Notes: generated by a model not told the origin, from the letters alone. DNA of 63,854 bases, filler included, from Octopus bimaculoides (GCF_001194135.2; 4 parts of 4 records of this genome joined end to end with filler, not necessarily neighbours in it), one strand, 5' to 3'; shown: positions 13,111 to 26,176, numbered from the whole stretch's first letter. Numbers and translations are program-made.

Positions 13111-14200
13111 GAAGCTATAACAACTGCGGTAATTGCATAGTCAATGACCGCACAGTGATGGTTGCAGTCTGGCAATGTTACTATATCTCGACATTATACA
13201 AGTGACTCAGTGAGCGGATACATCAAATTGATGTAATTGAAACATATAATCATTGAAGCAGGGATGGTCACGTCTGGTATGGAGAACTAAACAACAACAA
13301 CAACAACAACAACATAAACGTCATCATAATCTCGTGACAAATGAATGCGTGCATAGGGGAAAAGTTAAAAGTGATTTAAGGAGGATGTGACTGATATTTC
13401 TGTGGGATCGCCCGATAACATAAAAATGTATCTCGTTAGTTTTAGAATAGTATTAGCCAACCTGGGGNNNNNNNNNNNNNNNNNNNNNNNNNNNNNNNNN
13501 NNNNNNNNNNNNNNNNNNNNNNNNNNNNNNNNNNNNNNNNNNNNNNNNNNNNNNNNNNNNNNNNNNNNNNNNNNNNNNNNNNNNNNNNNNNNNNNNNNNN
13601 NNNNNNNNNNNNNNNNNNNNNNNNNNNNNNNNNNNNNNNNNNNNNNNNNNNNNNNNNNNNNNNNNNNNNNNNNNNNNNNNNNNNNNNNNNNNNNNNNNNN
13701 NNNNNNNNNNNNNNNNNNNNNNNNNNNNNNNNNNNNNNNNNNNNNNNNNNNNNNNNNNNNNNNNNNNNNNNNNNNNNNNNNNNNNNNNNNNNNNNNNNNN
13801 NNNNNNNNNNNNNNNNNNNNNNNNNNNNNNNNNNNNNNNNNNNNNNNNNNNNNNNNNNNNNNNNNNNNNNNNNNNNNNNNNNNNNNNNNNNNNNNNNNNN
13901 NNNNNNNNNNNNNNNNNNNNNNNNNNNNNNNNNNNNNNNNNNNNNNNNNNNNNNNNNNNNNNNNNNNNNNNNNNNNNNNNNNNNNNNNNNNNNNNNNNNN
14001 NNNNNNNNNNNNNNNNNNNNNNNNNNNNNNNNNNNNNNNNNNNNNNNNNNNNNNNNNNNNNNNNNNNNNNNNNNNNNNNNNNNNNNNNNNNNNNNNNNNN
14101 NNNNNNNNNNNNNNNNNNNNNNNNNNNNNNNNNNNNNNNNNNNNNNNNNNNNNNNNNNNNNNNNNNNNNNNNNNNNNNNNNNNNNNNNNNNNNNNNNNNN

Positions 14201-14440
14201 ATGAGCACTATCTTTTGAACTTCAGCCATTTTGGGGTTTCCTGGTATCTGAGCTAGGTAGTAATCAGCCCGTTTCGCTGTCATTCACAGGGCACCTATGA
14301 CAATAGGTATTGTTTTCGTCTTCAGATTCCACATTTTGCTAATTTCTATTTCAAGATCTTTATATTTGCTCAGTTTTTGGTAGGTCTTAAAAGATACGTT
14401 TATTTCGATTGGGACAGTCATATCAATGAGGAGGCATGAT
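14201..14440 (-). mobile_element. R4/Dong-like non-LTR fragment (RLE endonuclease C-terminus)
   Basis: KSCLLIDMTVPIEINVSFKTYQKLSKYKDLEIEISKMWNLKTKTIPIVIGAL..KIVL; preceded on its sense strand by (AAC)n. Confidence 0.85.
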
Positions 14441-14773
14441 TTGTTGTTGTTGTTGCTGTTATTATCGATCATAAATCTTAATCAAATACGAGTAAGAGAG
14501 ACAACATCTTACATAGCGATATAATCATATTTGATATCTTTACCTTAACTAAATATATCAAATGTCAAGAGGACAGATAAAGGATATCTAGAAAACTATG
14601 GCAGTGTGTGTCTTTGTGTTTGTGTTTGTGTGTTCACGCGCATGCGCGTCTGTGTGTGTATGTATGTGTATGTGTGTACATATATACACAGACAAATACA
14701 TACATAAATATATACATATTTATACACATATTAGCATACATATACGAATACTATGTTTGTATATATGTATTGC

Positions 14774-14804
<31 letters not shown>

Positions 14805-14806
14805 TG

Positions 14807-14842
<36 letters not shown>

Positions 14843-14845
<3 letters not shown>

Positions 14846-15542
14846 GACGTCAAAAAACGTGAACAAAGTGAAAAACGAGAACATAAAAAGCAAAAACATG
14901 AAAGACGAACTTTTTTCGGACAACGAAAGAAACAATTAGAGAAACGAGACAGGCAATATAAAGAACAATCCCTTCATCAGTTGTCCCCTGTTTTGTCTAC
15001 TCCGCGTTTCGAAGGTAGGGACAAGACGCGACTTCGTTAAAACAGTCCTTCCTGCAAAGCAAATTAAATAAAATTTGGGATTTTTGCGGAGGGTTAAAGT
15101 TGTGACAAAAACAGGACAGTAAAAACAAAACAGTAAAAACAAACGGTGAGGGCTGTTATGCCATAACTAGGTGAAGTGGTGAATACTGGAGAAAGGAGCT
15201 ATGACAAGAAACAGGCAAAAGTAGGTCTTATCTCTTGTGAAGCGAAAGGAAAAAAGAACCATAGCGCTGGTCACGTGTGAGCAACGAGAGAGTCAAGGAG
15301 GAAAAGTGAGGGAGAGAGAGGGAGAGAAAGAGAACGGTGAAGGGGGAGGAGAAGAAAAACAGAAAGAGAGAAGAATAACTGCCATAGTTTTCTAGATATC
15401 CTTTATCTGTCCTCTTGACATTTGATATATTTAGTTAAGGTAAAGATATCAAATATGATTATATCGCTATGTAAGATGTTGTCTCTCTTACTCGTATTTG
15501 ATTAAGATTTATGATCGATAATAACAGCAACAACAACAACAA
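14843..15542 (-). mobile_element. Non-coding repeat, probably a PLE pseudo-LTR/3' region
   Basis: CT-rich block plus GAAAC..CTGATGA motif plus T-rich tail ending in (TA)n; similar to 25175-25800 and 32650-33005. Confidence 0.45.
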
Positions 15543-17829
15543 CAACAGCCTAAATGATGAGGTTACCTCTCACGTGTGAGTGGTATCAGAATTTCGAAGC
15601 AACCTCTCTTTGGCCAATTCCCAACAGGAAGGTCAGTTGGAAGGCCACTATTTCGCTTCAAATGACAGTCTGAAGCGATGCAGCATTCTCTTTTCTTCCT
15701 GGGAAAAAAAAATGTCAGAATGCAGGACTTGGCGTCAGTTCTGCTTCTCCTCAGATCAAAGATGTGAGCAAAGTCAACTCCATCATCGGAGCTTCGTGCA
15801 AGCAGTAAGACACGCTAGCAAAACGCTGTTCCACTAGATGGAAACCTTACCTCCCGTTATGGTTTTGTGGCTCGAAGAAAAGTAGGCCTTGCCGTACACT
15901 CAAGAAAATACATAGTAAGTGATCCACAAGCACTCGAGCAAAGTGAGCTCTCCATTTGCCTAAAGATTTGCAAGGCACCAGCAGGCCTCATCAGGTACAT
16001 TTGTGTCTATAGAACATGATTACCGCTTTATTTTACTGAACCCTCATTTGTTGTTCATGACGAGAGAATCCATCATGTGTGTGTGTGTGTGTGTGTGTGT
16101 GTATCAAATTAACATCTAGCGTATTGGGAATTCGTTTTATGCATTAATTCATATAGAATTTCGACATCCATTCTTTAAGGTATCATACATAAATATAATC
16201 TGTTGTTGACTGGTGCAAATAACGCAGATACGTTCACATATATCTGTCAGAGTACAAGCATAACTTTCAAGACATTATTGAGTATTCTCTTTAGAAAGGG
16301 TAAATGTTTAAACCCCTCCCATCGCGTAATCTCATTTGTAGCTGGCAGGAGATGATAGGGAAAATGTTATATATGAAATAAATGAAACCTAATATACAAA
16401 GCAATAGCTTATTGCCTCGTATATTAGGTTTCATCTGCTTAAATCATGTTGCTAACAGAAGTGGGTTAACACTTATCTTACATAAACCGCGTAGAATACA
16501 GTCGAAACGAAAATGAAAGTAAAAAGTTGTTGATTGGTTGATATAATCATGGTTCCTTTTAAAAGGAAATCCCTGTTGTTGTGAGCTACGCTTAGATTAA
16601 CGTCGTTATTATAAGATTTTATAGTATTAATTTCCATTCTTAAAGCATACACATCTCACTAACTGCATATTGTCGAATAGCTGTGCAAATCTAAAACTTT
16701 GAAAATTGTATCAAAGGAGCATGAAGATGCCAGCAAAATGGGGAGGAAGTACTCAATACATGGTGTAGTGCGTGCTATTTATGTAAACTGAATTTGAATT
16801 GTTTTTTTCCGGCTTGAGTTTTACGCCACTGCAAATATTTGGGATCGCCTGTTGATCGCAGTGGCATGAAACTAGTGTAGTGAAAAAGAAGTTGTCCCTG
16901 CAATCATCCACTCCACACCAATTCACGCACATGCATACACACACACATAATGTACGTCTATGTATACATGCATATAAATACATACATACATACATATACA
17001 CACATTATATATATACCTGTGTGTGTATGCATGTGTATGGTTGTATATGTGTGTGTGCGTGTGTATGTGTGTACATGATTGTATGAATGTGTGTCACATG
17101 GTGGCCAGAGTGTTGCACCCACGATCGCAAGTTCATAGTTTCTATTCCTTGAGCGGGCGGTGCTTCGTGTTTGTAAGCCGACTCGAGATAGTACATTACT
17201 TTTACCACTCCCCTCTGTTACGCACAAGCATAAGCATATATATATATATATATATATATANNNNNNNNNNTGTGTGTGTGTGTGTGCATATATAAATTCA
17301 TATAAACTTATAAGGGTGTGCGTGCATACGAGAGCGTTGGAAATTTCCTGGTTTCAAGGGAATCGCGAAAGGCCTGGCTGGAGGCCCAAGCTTCTGAGTA
17401 CTTTTACAGGGATTAGAAAAATTGAGGGTCCGCTGCTATAAGTGTGCGAATTTGAGAGGGGATTATGTTAAATGAAATCATAATTAACTAACCCTCTTGT
17501 ATTTTCTTTTACCCAAAACCAGGAATTTTTCAGCTCTACCTCGTATATATATAAACACATTTATGCGTGTGTGTACATATATGTATATATTTTGGTACCT
17601 ATTTGCTACATAATTATGCATTATCCTAGGCGATCCTACTGATGAAGTACAGATGATAAATTAATTTATTTGCTCATTAATACAAAAACTCGAGTTTGGG
17701 ATTAACTATAAATAATTGTTGCTTTCATTCTGTTTGGAATCCATTTTTTCGTGGTTTGAGTTTGGCTACCCTCTCTGGAATGTAAGGCGTCCTGTAAACG
17801 GTCACCTCTCTGTGTATAAATACTATACA

Positions 17830-17877
<48 letters not shown>

Positions 17878-18891
17878 CATACATACATACATACATGCAT
17901 TCAGACATACATATATTACATATATACATACACACATATTCTGACAGTAGTGATACCGAGTCTCACAACATGTTCTATGGTTGTAAAGTTGTTGATGATA
18001 CCATCATTTAGCCCTGTATTTGGCATTTGGGTAACCGGTAATCTTCAATTTTAATCCCTGACAAAGAAACGCTCTACATTATTTACTTAGGTGGTGCCTG
18101 TTTACAACTAGGTAGACTGAGCTGTTGATTCGTTATAAAGTACTGCAAACAGGATAAGAACCACCACCCCTTCGACTGATAGTTCTCATTTTTAGCCAGA
18201 AGCTAATATAGAGGAGAAGCAAATTCATTGAACGAGCTTTAGCTTAGAATCTTGAGTTTCCACTATTTACGTCTTGTAATTACATGTGTGGCTTCTGTGG
18301 AGATAAGAAAATATTTTCAAACGAATTTGATTTACGGTGAAATCAGTAAATCCGTTTAGAAAACGCTGTAAATAGTTTTGCTGTGATTCCTTATTGAAAC
18401 TAGCTTAACGATATTCGAGATGCTGTTAACCATTTCGTTTTAATACACGCTGCCTCTAAACAAACGTAAATATGAAAAACATACCCGGATCAAGTAAATA
18501 GTTTTGCATTCATAGTTTCGAACCTACGCTTTTCAATAGAAAGAAAGAAAAGATAATTTCAGCGGTTCAGCATGGCGGATATATATATTATGTAGTGAGA
18601 ACACCACATAGAATTTACAATGAAAATGTACTCTTCAGCTGCATAATGGAATTTCATTTTAGAAAGTCATTTTGAAGATGTTTGCAAAAAACAAGAGTAA
18701 GTGGTGTTCTCACTACATGAATAAATGAAGTTTGTATGAAACGTACGTACTGCTATAACCTATTGAATTTTTGTTGCTTAACTTCAAATTTTATTCACCA
18801 AATCTCTTGATTTTGTTTTTGGTTTTTACCCTACCAAATTCTGGTGCCTCAAACATCTTAAGTACCACATTTAATATTTTGATTAAATCTA

Positions 18892-18945
<54 letters not shown>

Positions 18946-20161
18946 NNNNNNNNNNNNNNNNNNNNNNNNNNNNNNNNNNNNNNNNNNNNNNNNNNNNNNN
19001 NNNNNNNNNNNNNNNNNNNNNNNNNNNNNNNNNNNNNNNNNNNNNNNNNNNNNNNNNNNNNNNNNNNNNNNNNNNNNNNNNNNNNNNNNNNNNNNNNNNN
19101 NNNNNNNNNNNNNNNNNNNNNNNNNNNNNNNNNNNNNNNNNNNNNNNNNNNNNNNNNNNNNNNNNNNNNNNNNNNNNNNNNNNNNNNNNNNNNNNNNNNN
19201 NNNNNNNNNNNNNNNNNNNNNNNNNNNNNNNNNNNNNNNNNNNNNNNNNNNNNNNNNNNNNNNNNNNNNNNNNNNNNNNNNNNNNNNNNNNNNNNNNNNN
19301 NNNNNNNNNNNNNNNNNNNNNNNNNNNNNNNNNNNNNNNNNNNNNNNNNNNNNNNNNNNNNNNNNNNNNNNNNNNNNNNNNNNNNNNNNNNNNNNNNNNN
19401 NNNNNNNNNNNNNNNNNNNNNNNNNNNNNNNNNNNNNNNNNNNNNNNATGTATTGTTTCATTCATATTGATATAGAATAAAACAGACGATAGAAGTGATC
19501 GTGATTATAAAAAGAAAACAAAGCAAAATGAAAAAAATACACATCCTTATCCGGTACCTTTTCCTGGTTTTTTTTTTTTCTCTATATCTTTTCCCCGTTG
19601 GAAATGTCAATAACATTTTAGCATCACAAGGCAACACTAACTGCCCTACATATTCTTTAACAAAGCGCTAAGAATTTCTCTTTGAATTAATATATTTTTT
19701 CGAGATAATTCTCGAAATTATAAGAGGGCTTATTGAGGTCTTAAGAGTGTCGGACATAAAATGCTTTTGTTGGTAATTTGTTATGGCGAATCATTTTCTG
19801 AGTTCATCTCTCGACTGAGGTGGAGCTGCCGTAAAAGAAATTAGATGTCAAATTCTGAGGTTAATATAAATGACTACGCTACATGACGAGAATAAATTTG
19901 AGGCGAGAGGTCTTCGTCGTTCGCCGACGATCAGCATTCAGATTTTCAACTCAGTCCAATAACCTGCAGCTGAATGCATGAGTATCTGAATATTCCATAA
20001 ACCCTTAACGAAATTCTTAGGCACAATCCCTGTGTCACAGTGTGATAGGAGTGCATCTCAAGAATTAGTCACTCTATCGTCTGTTTGTCTGTCTGTCTGT
20101 CTCTCACACACACACTCACACATACATACACACACACACATGCATATACACATCTTTGAAC

Positions 20162-20515
20162 TTTCACTTGTTTCAGTACTTCGACTGAAGCCCTGCATGG
20201 GGGTCTGTCTTGAATGGTTTTAGTCGAAAGAATCAATCCCAGAACTTATTTTAAAGTCTGGTAGATATTCTATCGGGGACGTAAACAAAAACAAAAACAA
20301 GCACATAAACACGAACACATAGATAAACACACACACACACATGCACGCACACACATATATACAATTGACTTCTTTCACTTTCTGTCTACCAAATCCATTT
20401 ACAAGTATTTTGCCAGTCAGGGTCTCTGTTAGAAGACACTTGCGCAAGTTGGCGTATTGTGGGACTGAACCCGAGACCATGTGGTTGGGAAGTAAACCTC
20501 TTACCACACAGCCCC
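20162..20515 (-). mobile_element. tRNA-derived SINE, family 1 (diverged)
   Basis: Same head, internal microsatellite and 3' part as 9058-9801. Confidence 0.8.
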
Positions 20516-20548
20516 GCTAGATAATTGCAAAAATAAAATCATTATCAC

Positions 20549-20935
20549 TCTCTTTTATTCTTTTCTCTTTTACTTCTTTCAGTCATCTGACTGCGACCAA
20601 GCTGGAGCAACGCCTTCAAGGGTCTTAAGTCAAACAAATTGATGCCTGGTACTTATTCTATCGCTCTCTTTTGCCCAACCACTAAGTTACGGGGACGTAA
20701 ACACACCAGCACCGGTTGTCAAGCGGTAGTGGTGATGGTGGTGGGGAGACATAAACACAAACACAAAGTCACGCACACATAGATACAAACGTATACATAT
20801 ATACGACGGGCTTCTTTCAGTTTCCGTCTACTAAATCCACTCACAAGACTTTGGTCGGCCCGAGGCTTTAGTAGAAGACACCCGGAACCATGTATTTGGG
20901 AAGCAAGCTTCATACCACACAGCCACGCCTGCACC
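20549..20935 (-). mobile_element. tRNA-derived SINE, family 1
   Basis: (AAAAGAG)-type tail, body and head match family 1; small deletion in the head region. Confidence 0.85.
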
Positions 20936-22009
20936 TATATTCAATCTTTTTCTTTTTCTTCTTACCTTTCTTTCAAGACTACAACCGGGTAAATGCAATG
21001 CTTGCGACATGGTTTCTTCATTCAAAAAGGCAGTTAAGCGCAACTAATTCACCAATGTAAGGTGGGGTCAGCTACGTAGGTAAATATATAAAGCAAACAC
21101 GTTATCATGTCACGTGACCTGGAAATGACAGCTTCGGCCCGTTCAATTGGAGCTGTTAGTTGCCATGACTTTTAATGTAACATGCTAAGACTGTAACTAA
21201 TCTGATGAAAATATGAAAAGATTTTTTTTTGCTTTGTGTAAAGCATTCACTCCATATATTACCATTAGTAAATGATATGTATGTATGGATGTATGTATGT
21301 ATATAAGGATGGATGTTTAGACGTATCACCCTATGTATATGTGTTTGTGTATGTATGTGTATAGTGTGTATGCATGTTATACATATATGCACATACATAT
21401 GTACACACATATATANNNNNNNNNNNNNNNNNNNNNNNNNNNNNNNNNNNNNNNNNNNNNNNNNNNNNNNNNNNNNNNNNNNNNNNNNNNNNNNNNNNNN
21501 NNNNNNNNNNNNNNNNNNNNNNNNNNNNNNNNNNNNNNNNNNNNNNNNNNNNNNNNNNNNNNNNNNNNNNNNNNNNNNNNNNNNNNNNNNNNNNNNNNNN
21601 NNNNNNNNNNNNNNNNNNNNNNNNNNNNNNNNNNNNNNNNNNNNNNNNNNNNNNNNNNNNNNNNNNNNNNNNNNNNNNNNNNNNNNNNNNNNNNNNNNNN
21701 NNNNNNNNNNNNNNNNNNNNNNNNNNNNNNNNNNNNNNNNNNNNNNNNNNNNNNNNNNNNNNNNNNNNNNNNNNNNNNNNNNNNNNNNNNNNNNNNNNNN
21801 NNNNNNNNNNNNNNNNNNNNNNNNNNNNNNNNNNNNNNNNNNNNNNNNNNNNNNNNNNNNNNNNNNNNNNNNNNNNNNNNNNNNNNNNNNNNNNNNNNNN
21901 NNNNNNNNNNNNNNNNNNNNNNNNNNNNNNNNNNNNNNNNNNNNNNNNNNNNNNNNNNNNNNNNNNNNNNNNNNNNNNNNNNNNNNNNNNNNNNNNNNNN
22001 NNTATATAT

Positions 22010-22090
<81 letters not shown>

Positions 22091-22465
22091 CAAACAGACA
22101 GGCATATAAGCTCCTGTCTTTGACTTCATCTCTATCTCCCTCCCAACATCTTTTAAAGACATCAATATTTGGGATGATTGACGCGTTGATAGCCACGTGC
22201 CTGTCACCTCAGTGGAAGACAAACAACATAACGTCCGCCATCTAAGTACACACTGACTTGAACATTAAATAGTGTGTAAGTGTGGCGTGGCCAATGAAAA
22301 GAGTAAATGTTTACGTATGCTGCAATGTGTAATTCACAAGCAAAGCTGGGCTTCAGCTAATGAAAACGCTCTCGTGCGACATTATTACCAAGTGACATTT
22401 ATATCAAACAGCTTTTTGATCTACTTCGGAAAGTACTATTAACGTACCTATATTGATTGCTGCTG

Positions 22466-22501
<36 letters not shown>

Positions 22502-22596
22502 TTACTACTACTACTACTACTACATGTAGAAGCAGTAGAAGTGGTGGTGGTGGTTGAAGTGGTAGTAGTAGTAGTTGTAGTAATAATAATAATGAT

Positions 22597-22782
22597 TTCT
22601 AATTTTGATACAAGGACACCAATTTTGGAAGTGAGAGGGTAAGTCGATTACATCGATACCAATGCTCGACTGGTCCTAATTTTAACGACTCCAAAAGTAT
22701 GAAAAGCGCAATTGACCCCCGATGGGATTTGAACGTAAAGAGTTGGAAGAAACAGCGCAAATAGTTTTTTTCCGATGCTAGA
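22597..22782 (-). mobile_element. tRNA-derived SINE, family 2 (diverged)
   Basis: TAAGTCGATTACATCGA and GGATTTGAAC blocks shared with 2071-2273. Confidence 0.7.
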
Positions 22783-22946
22783 CCCCTAATCCTTTAATTT
22801 GCTGCGAGTGTGTGAGATGGGTGGAGGGGCTTTATCAAAATAAATTACAATTTCTGTGGAGATTTTACATAAAATCGTAGAAGAAAAGCAGGATTGGGAG
22901 AAATGAGATAAAATCATGTATATTGAACAAAATATGGTTACAATAA

Positions 22947-23094
22947 GAGCAGGCGTGGCTGTGTGGTAAGAAATTTGCTTCTCAACCACACGATTCCAGG
23001 TTCAATCTAACTGCATGGCACCTTGGGCAAGTGTCTTCTGCTATAGCCTCGGGCCGAGCGATTTGGTAGACGGAAACTGAAAAGAAGCCCGTCG
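22947..23094 (+). mobile_element. tRNA-derived SINE, family 1, 5' half
   Basis: GCAGGCGTGGCTGTGTGGTAAG..GAAGCCCGTCG; interrupted where the internal (AT)n normally begins. Confidence 0.85.
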
Positions 23095-23285
23095 TGGTGA
23101 GAGGGATAACTTCCCTTGGCAAACAGGACACAGTCGTGTGTCGATAAGCCAGCTGGAGGAGATGTCCTCCTGGGGCTAAAAGCAACAGTAACATCCACCC
23201 CTAGGGGTCAGCCACACTTAAGTGGCAATATACTACACTTTATCGTGCAGTTACTGTTAATACTTCATTTAGAGAATTAACATTG

Positions 23286-23288
<3 letters not shown>
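23095..23288 (+). mobile_element. Fragment of the hammerhead-bearing ~350-nt unit
   Basis: 23099-23129 matches 50021-50056; 23141-23288 is near-identical to the reverse complement of 49703-49850. Confidence 0.9.
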
Positions 23289-23327
<39 letters not shown>

Positions 23328-24188
23328 TGTGTCTTCGAAAGGAAGAAAATATTCTCTATGCGGCCTGTTTGTTTTCTGTGTCCTGTTTATGTTCTGTTTT
23401 TCATTTTGTCCACGTTTTTTTAATGTATATATGCATCTATATATACATATATACATGAAGAATCTGTACAAGTCAGATTTTAAACATTTAACAAGCAATA
23501 AATCATTAAGAATTAATTAGTGAACGCTAACTGATAAATCATTGAAGCTCCTTTATGATTTGTCTTTCTGTTTTAGGGTCAAAATAACAGGATACGTTTT
23601 ATGGTCTTTTATGCGTTCTTAGTTTGTAAATACCTGTAAAAATAGGAGAGATTTTTATGGCTCACAACTGTGAATACAGTGCAGGTTATATAATTTTTGT
23701 TTTATTATTTTTCTTAGTTTCTAAACGACAGTAAAACATAGGAAAGATTTTATAGCAATTTTCCTACCGTTTTAGAACATAACTAACAGTAAACAGCGTT
23801 CATTAGATCTTTGCAGCGCAATATACGTAAACGTCTATAGTTTGCTCAATATAGGCAGTAGTAGAGTCACACGTAATTATGGCTAGCACATGAAGTGTTT
23901 ATGGATAGATATACAGATATTAATGAAGGTAGTTCTATTGAAAAAGCCAGACAAACTGCCATTAAAAGCAACCTCTTGGACATTTGTTTCGGATGTCATA
24001 CAATAAATTATACAGAAGAATATTTAAAAATCATATCGATCGATGCGGTGTCCGACCATCAAAACAAAATGGCGTACTTAGATCGCATTGTGTCCTGCTG
24101 AGATAAGAAAAAAACAACAAACAAAAATCCTCAAATAATGTGACTGAAGAAATACTTCTGTACACTCTCATATATGTATGTCTGTGTT

Positions 24189-24226
<38 letters not shown>

Positions 24227-24847
24227 CAGGATACGTTATATATATATATATAAACAGATCGAGTATATGTTTATATATTTGTGTGAGTGTATGTGGGCGT
24301 GCGTGTGTGTGCGTGTTTATTGGCGTTTGATTTGTGTTTTTTTGTACAAGAAAAATATCAATGATGAATTTAGCTTACAAAAAAACAAAAAACAAAACAA
24401 GAACCAAAAAAAACTGAAGTAAAACATTCAAAGGAATGCACATCAAGCTGGCAGCCAATGAAAATTTTAATGAAAGGCCATAGAAAACAAAATAGCCTTG
24501 TGAGTGTCTCTGGTCGTTAGTGACCAAAGAAATGACTTCACTAAAGCTTTCTTTAGAAAACAGAAACTCCATCTTAAAAGTGTCCTTTCCTCCTTGAAAC
24601 TTAATAAGGTCATGCCAATCACGCCGACTCCACTCACTGCTGCTACTACTACTACTACTACTGTCATTCTTATTGTTATTGTTGTAATTAGTATTTTTGT
24701 CATTAGGGCCTCCTCGTTCTCAGCATCATCACTATAGTGAACATCATCATTATCGCCATCATCGTAATCATTGTTATCAACTTCATCATCGGAATATTGC
24801 CTAAAACACCACCAAATCGTTGGACAAAAAGCCTTGGCTACGACCAA

Positions 24848-25174
24848 TGCTTCCCAACCACGTGGTTCCGGGTTCAGTCCCACTGCGGGGCACCTTCGTC
24901 AAGTGTCTTCTGCTATAGCCTCGGACCGATTAAAACCTTGTGATGGATTTGGTTGACGGAAAGTGAAAGAAACCCGTCATATATATACACATATATGTAT
25001 GTATATATTTGCGTGTCTGTGTTTGTCCTCTCACCATCGTTTGACAACTGATGTTGGTACGTTTAGTCCCCGTAAACTAGCGGCTCGGCGAAGAGACCGC
25101 TAGAATAAGTACTAGGTTTACAAAGAATAAGTCCTGGGGTCAATTTGTTCGACAAAAGGCGGTGCTCCAGTACA
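24848..25174 (+). mobile_element. tRNA-derived SINE, family 1
   Basis: CAACCACGTGGTTCCGGGTTCAGTCCCACTGCG..GGCGGTGCTCCAG; 3' end truncated. Confidence 0.85.
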
Positions 25175-25796
25175 TTTCTTGGCCCTCCCTTTCTTTAACT
25201 CACACTATTTCTCACTCATTTATCTCCCCTGTATCTTTCTCTTTGTCTCTGATTTTTTCTAATCCTTCACTCTCGCTGTCCCCTACTCATCTCCCATCAT
25301 TCCACGTGACGGGTGTCCGACCAGCCATGATCTTTCTTTCTTGGTCTGACTGCCGACTGCCAACACCTCTTATCTCCATCTCCTATGTTCCTGCCTTTAG
25401 GCTTTCACTTCATACACGCCAGCTCAAGTTGATTCGTTCTCAGTCGAAAGACACCTGTTATTATTTTCTTGTTTGAATTCGTAACTGTGTACCATGTTCT
25501 CCCTTTTCCATCTTTTTCTGTACCATGTTCTCCTTTTTTTGCCGTACACATTCGCTAGCTTTCTTACAAAGGGGTCTAATGTTCTTAGCTTAGACTTTTT
25601 TTTGGGGGGGGGCAACCAGATCGAACCGTCTCAAGTGTAACTGCCCGAAACGGTCGTGACTTCTAGGACATGACTGAAGAAAGAAGACCACAAATGACCC
25701 GTCATTGTTTTGCCTGTCTTTCTAATTGTTGTTTCTCTTGTCCGCCTTGTATCGTCTATCTGTTCGAATATTTTATTGTATCCTATTGGGTTTTTG

Positions 25797-25800
<4 letters not shown>
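25175..25800 (+). mobile_element. Non-coding repeat(s), probable PLE pseudo-LTR remnants
   Basis: CT-rich block homologous to 32820-33005 (shared AAAGACACCTGTT); 3' half of a hammerhead-like motif at 25639-25658; T-rich tail into (TA)n as in 14843-14980. Confidence 0.45.
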
Positions 25801-25830
<30 letters not shown>

Positions 25831-26123
25831 TTACGACCTCTGTATATCTTGACATCTACATCTTACGTAGGTCAACTTTTCCTTTTCCCCTTCCAAGACT
25901 TATCGCTTTGCAAAGTCTACCCGAGACAAAATATAATAACGAGTGTCGTTCCACCTTTGTATATGCTCATTATAAATGCTATATACACAGGTTTTCAATC
26001 TAAGGCTTTTGAATTATCTATATTAATATCATTCTGGCCTGGCTAGCTTTCGTTCAAATCAATAAATGTTTTGTTTAAATATTTCTATACCCGAACAAAA
26101 GTTTTCAGTTTCGTTCGGAATAA

Positions 26124-26176
26124 GAATTCGTCACTGAAGGGACCGCGTCAGGTCGAAACAATGTGTCTGGTGATTC
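26124..26176 (+). ncRNA. Minimal type I hammerhead ribozyme candidate (A9G variant)
   Basis: CTGAAGG (26134-40), stem II GACC/GGTC, GAAA, stem III ACA/TGT, GUC site at 26167; stem I about 9 bp with two G-U pairs and one bulge. Confidence 0.65.

Noticed and set aside
10313-13111. Poly-Asp/His/Met/Ile ORFs that look like acidic or metal-binding proteins
   Set aside because: All frames on both strands are open because of trinucleotide repeats; no unique domain; the region is gapped and mis-ordered.
15560-16000. Higher-complexity segment, possible exon or old LINE
   Set aside because: Only short ORFs and no motif I can assign.
21109-21118. Palindromic E-box GTCACGTGAC as a regulatory site
   Set aside because: Single short motif with no gene or promoter context.
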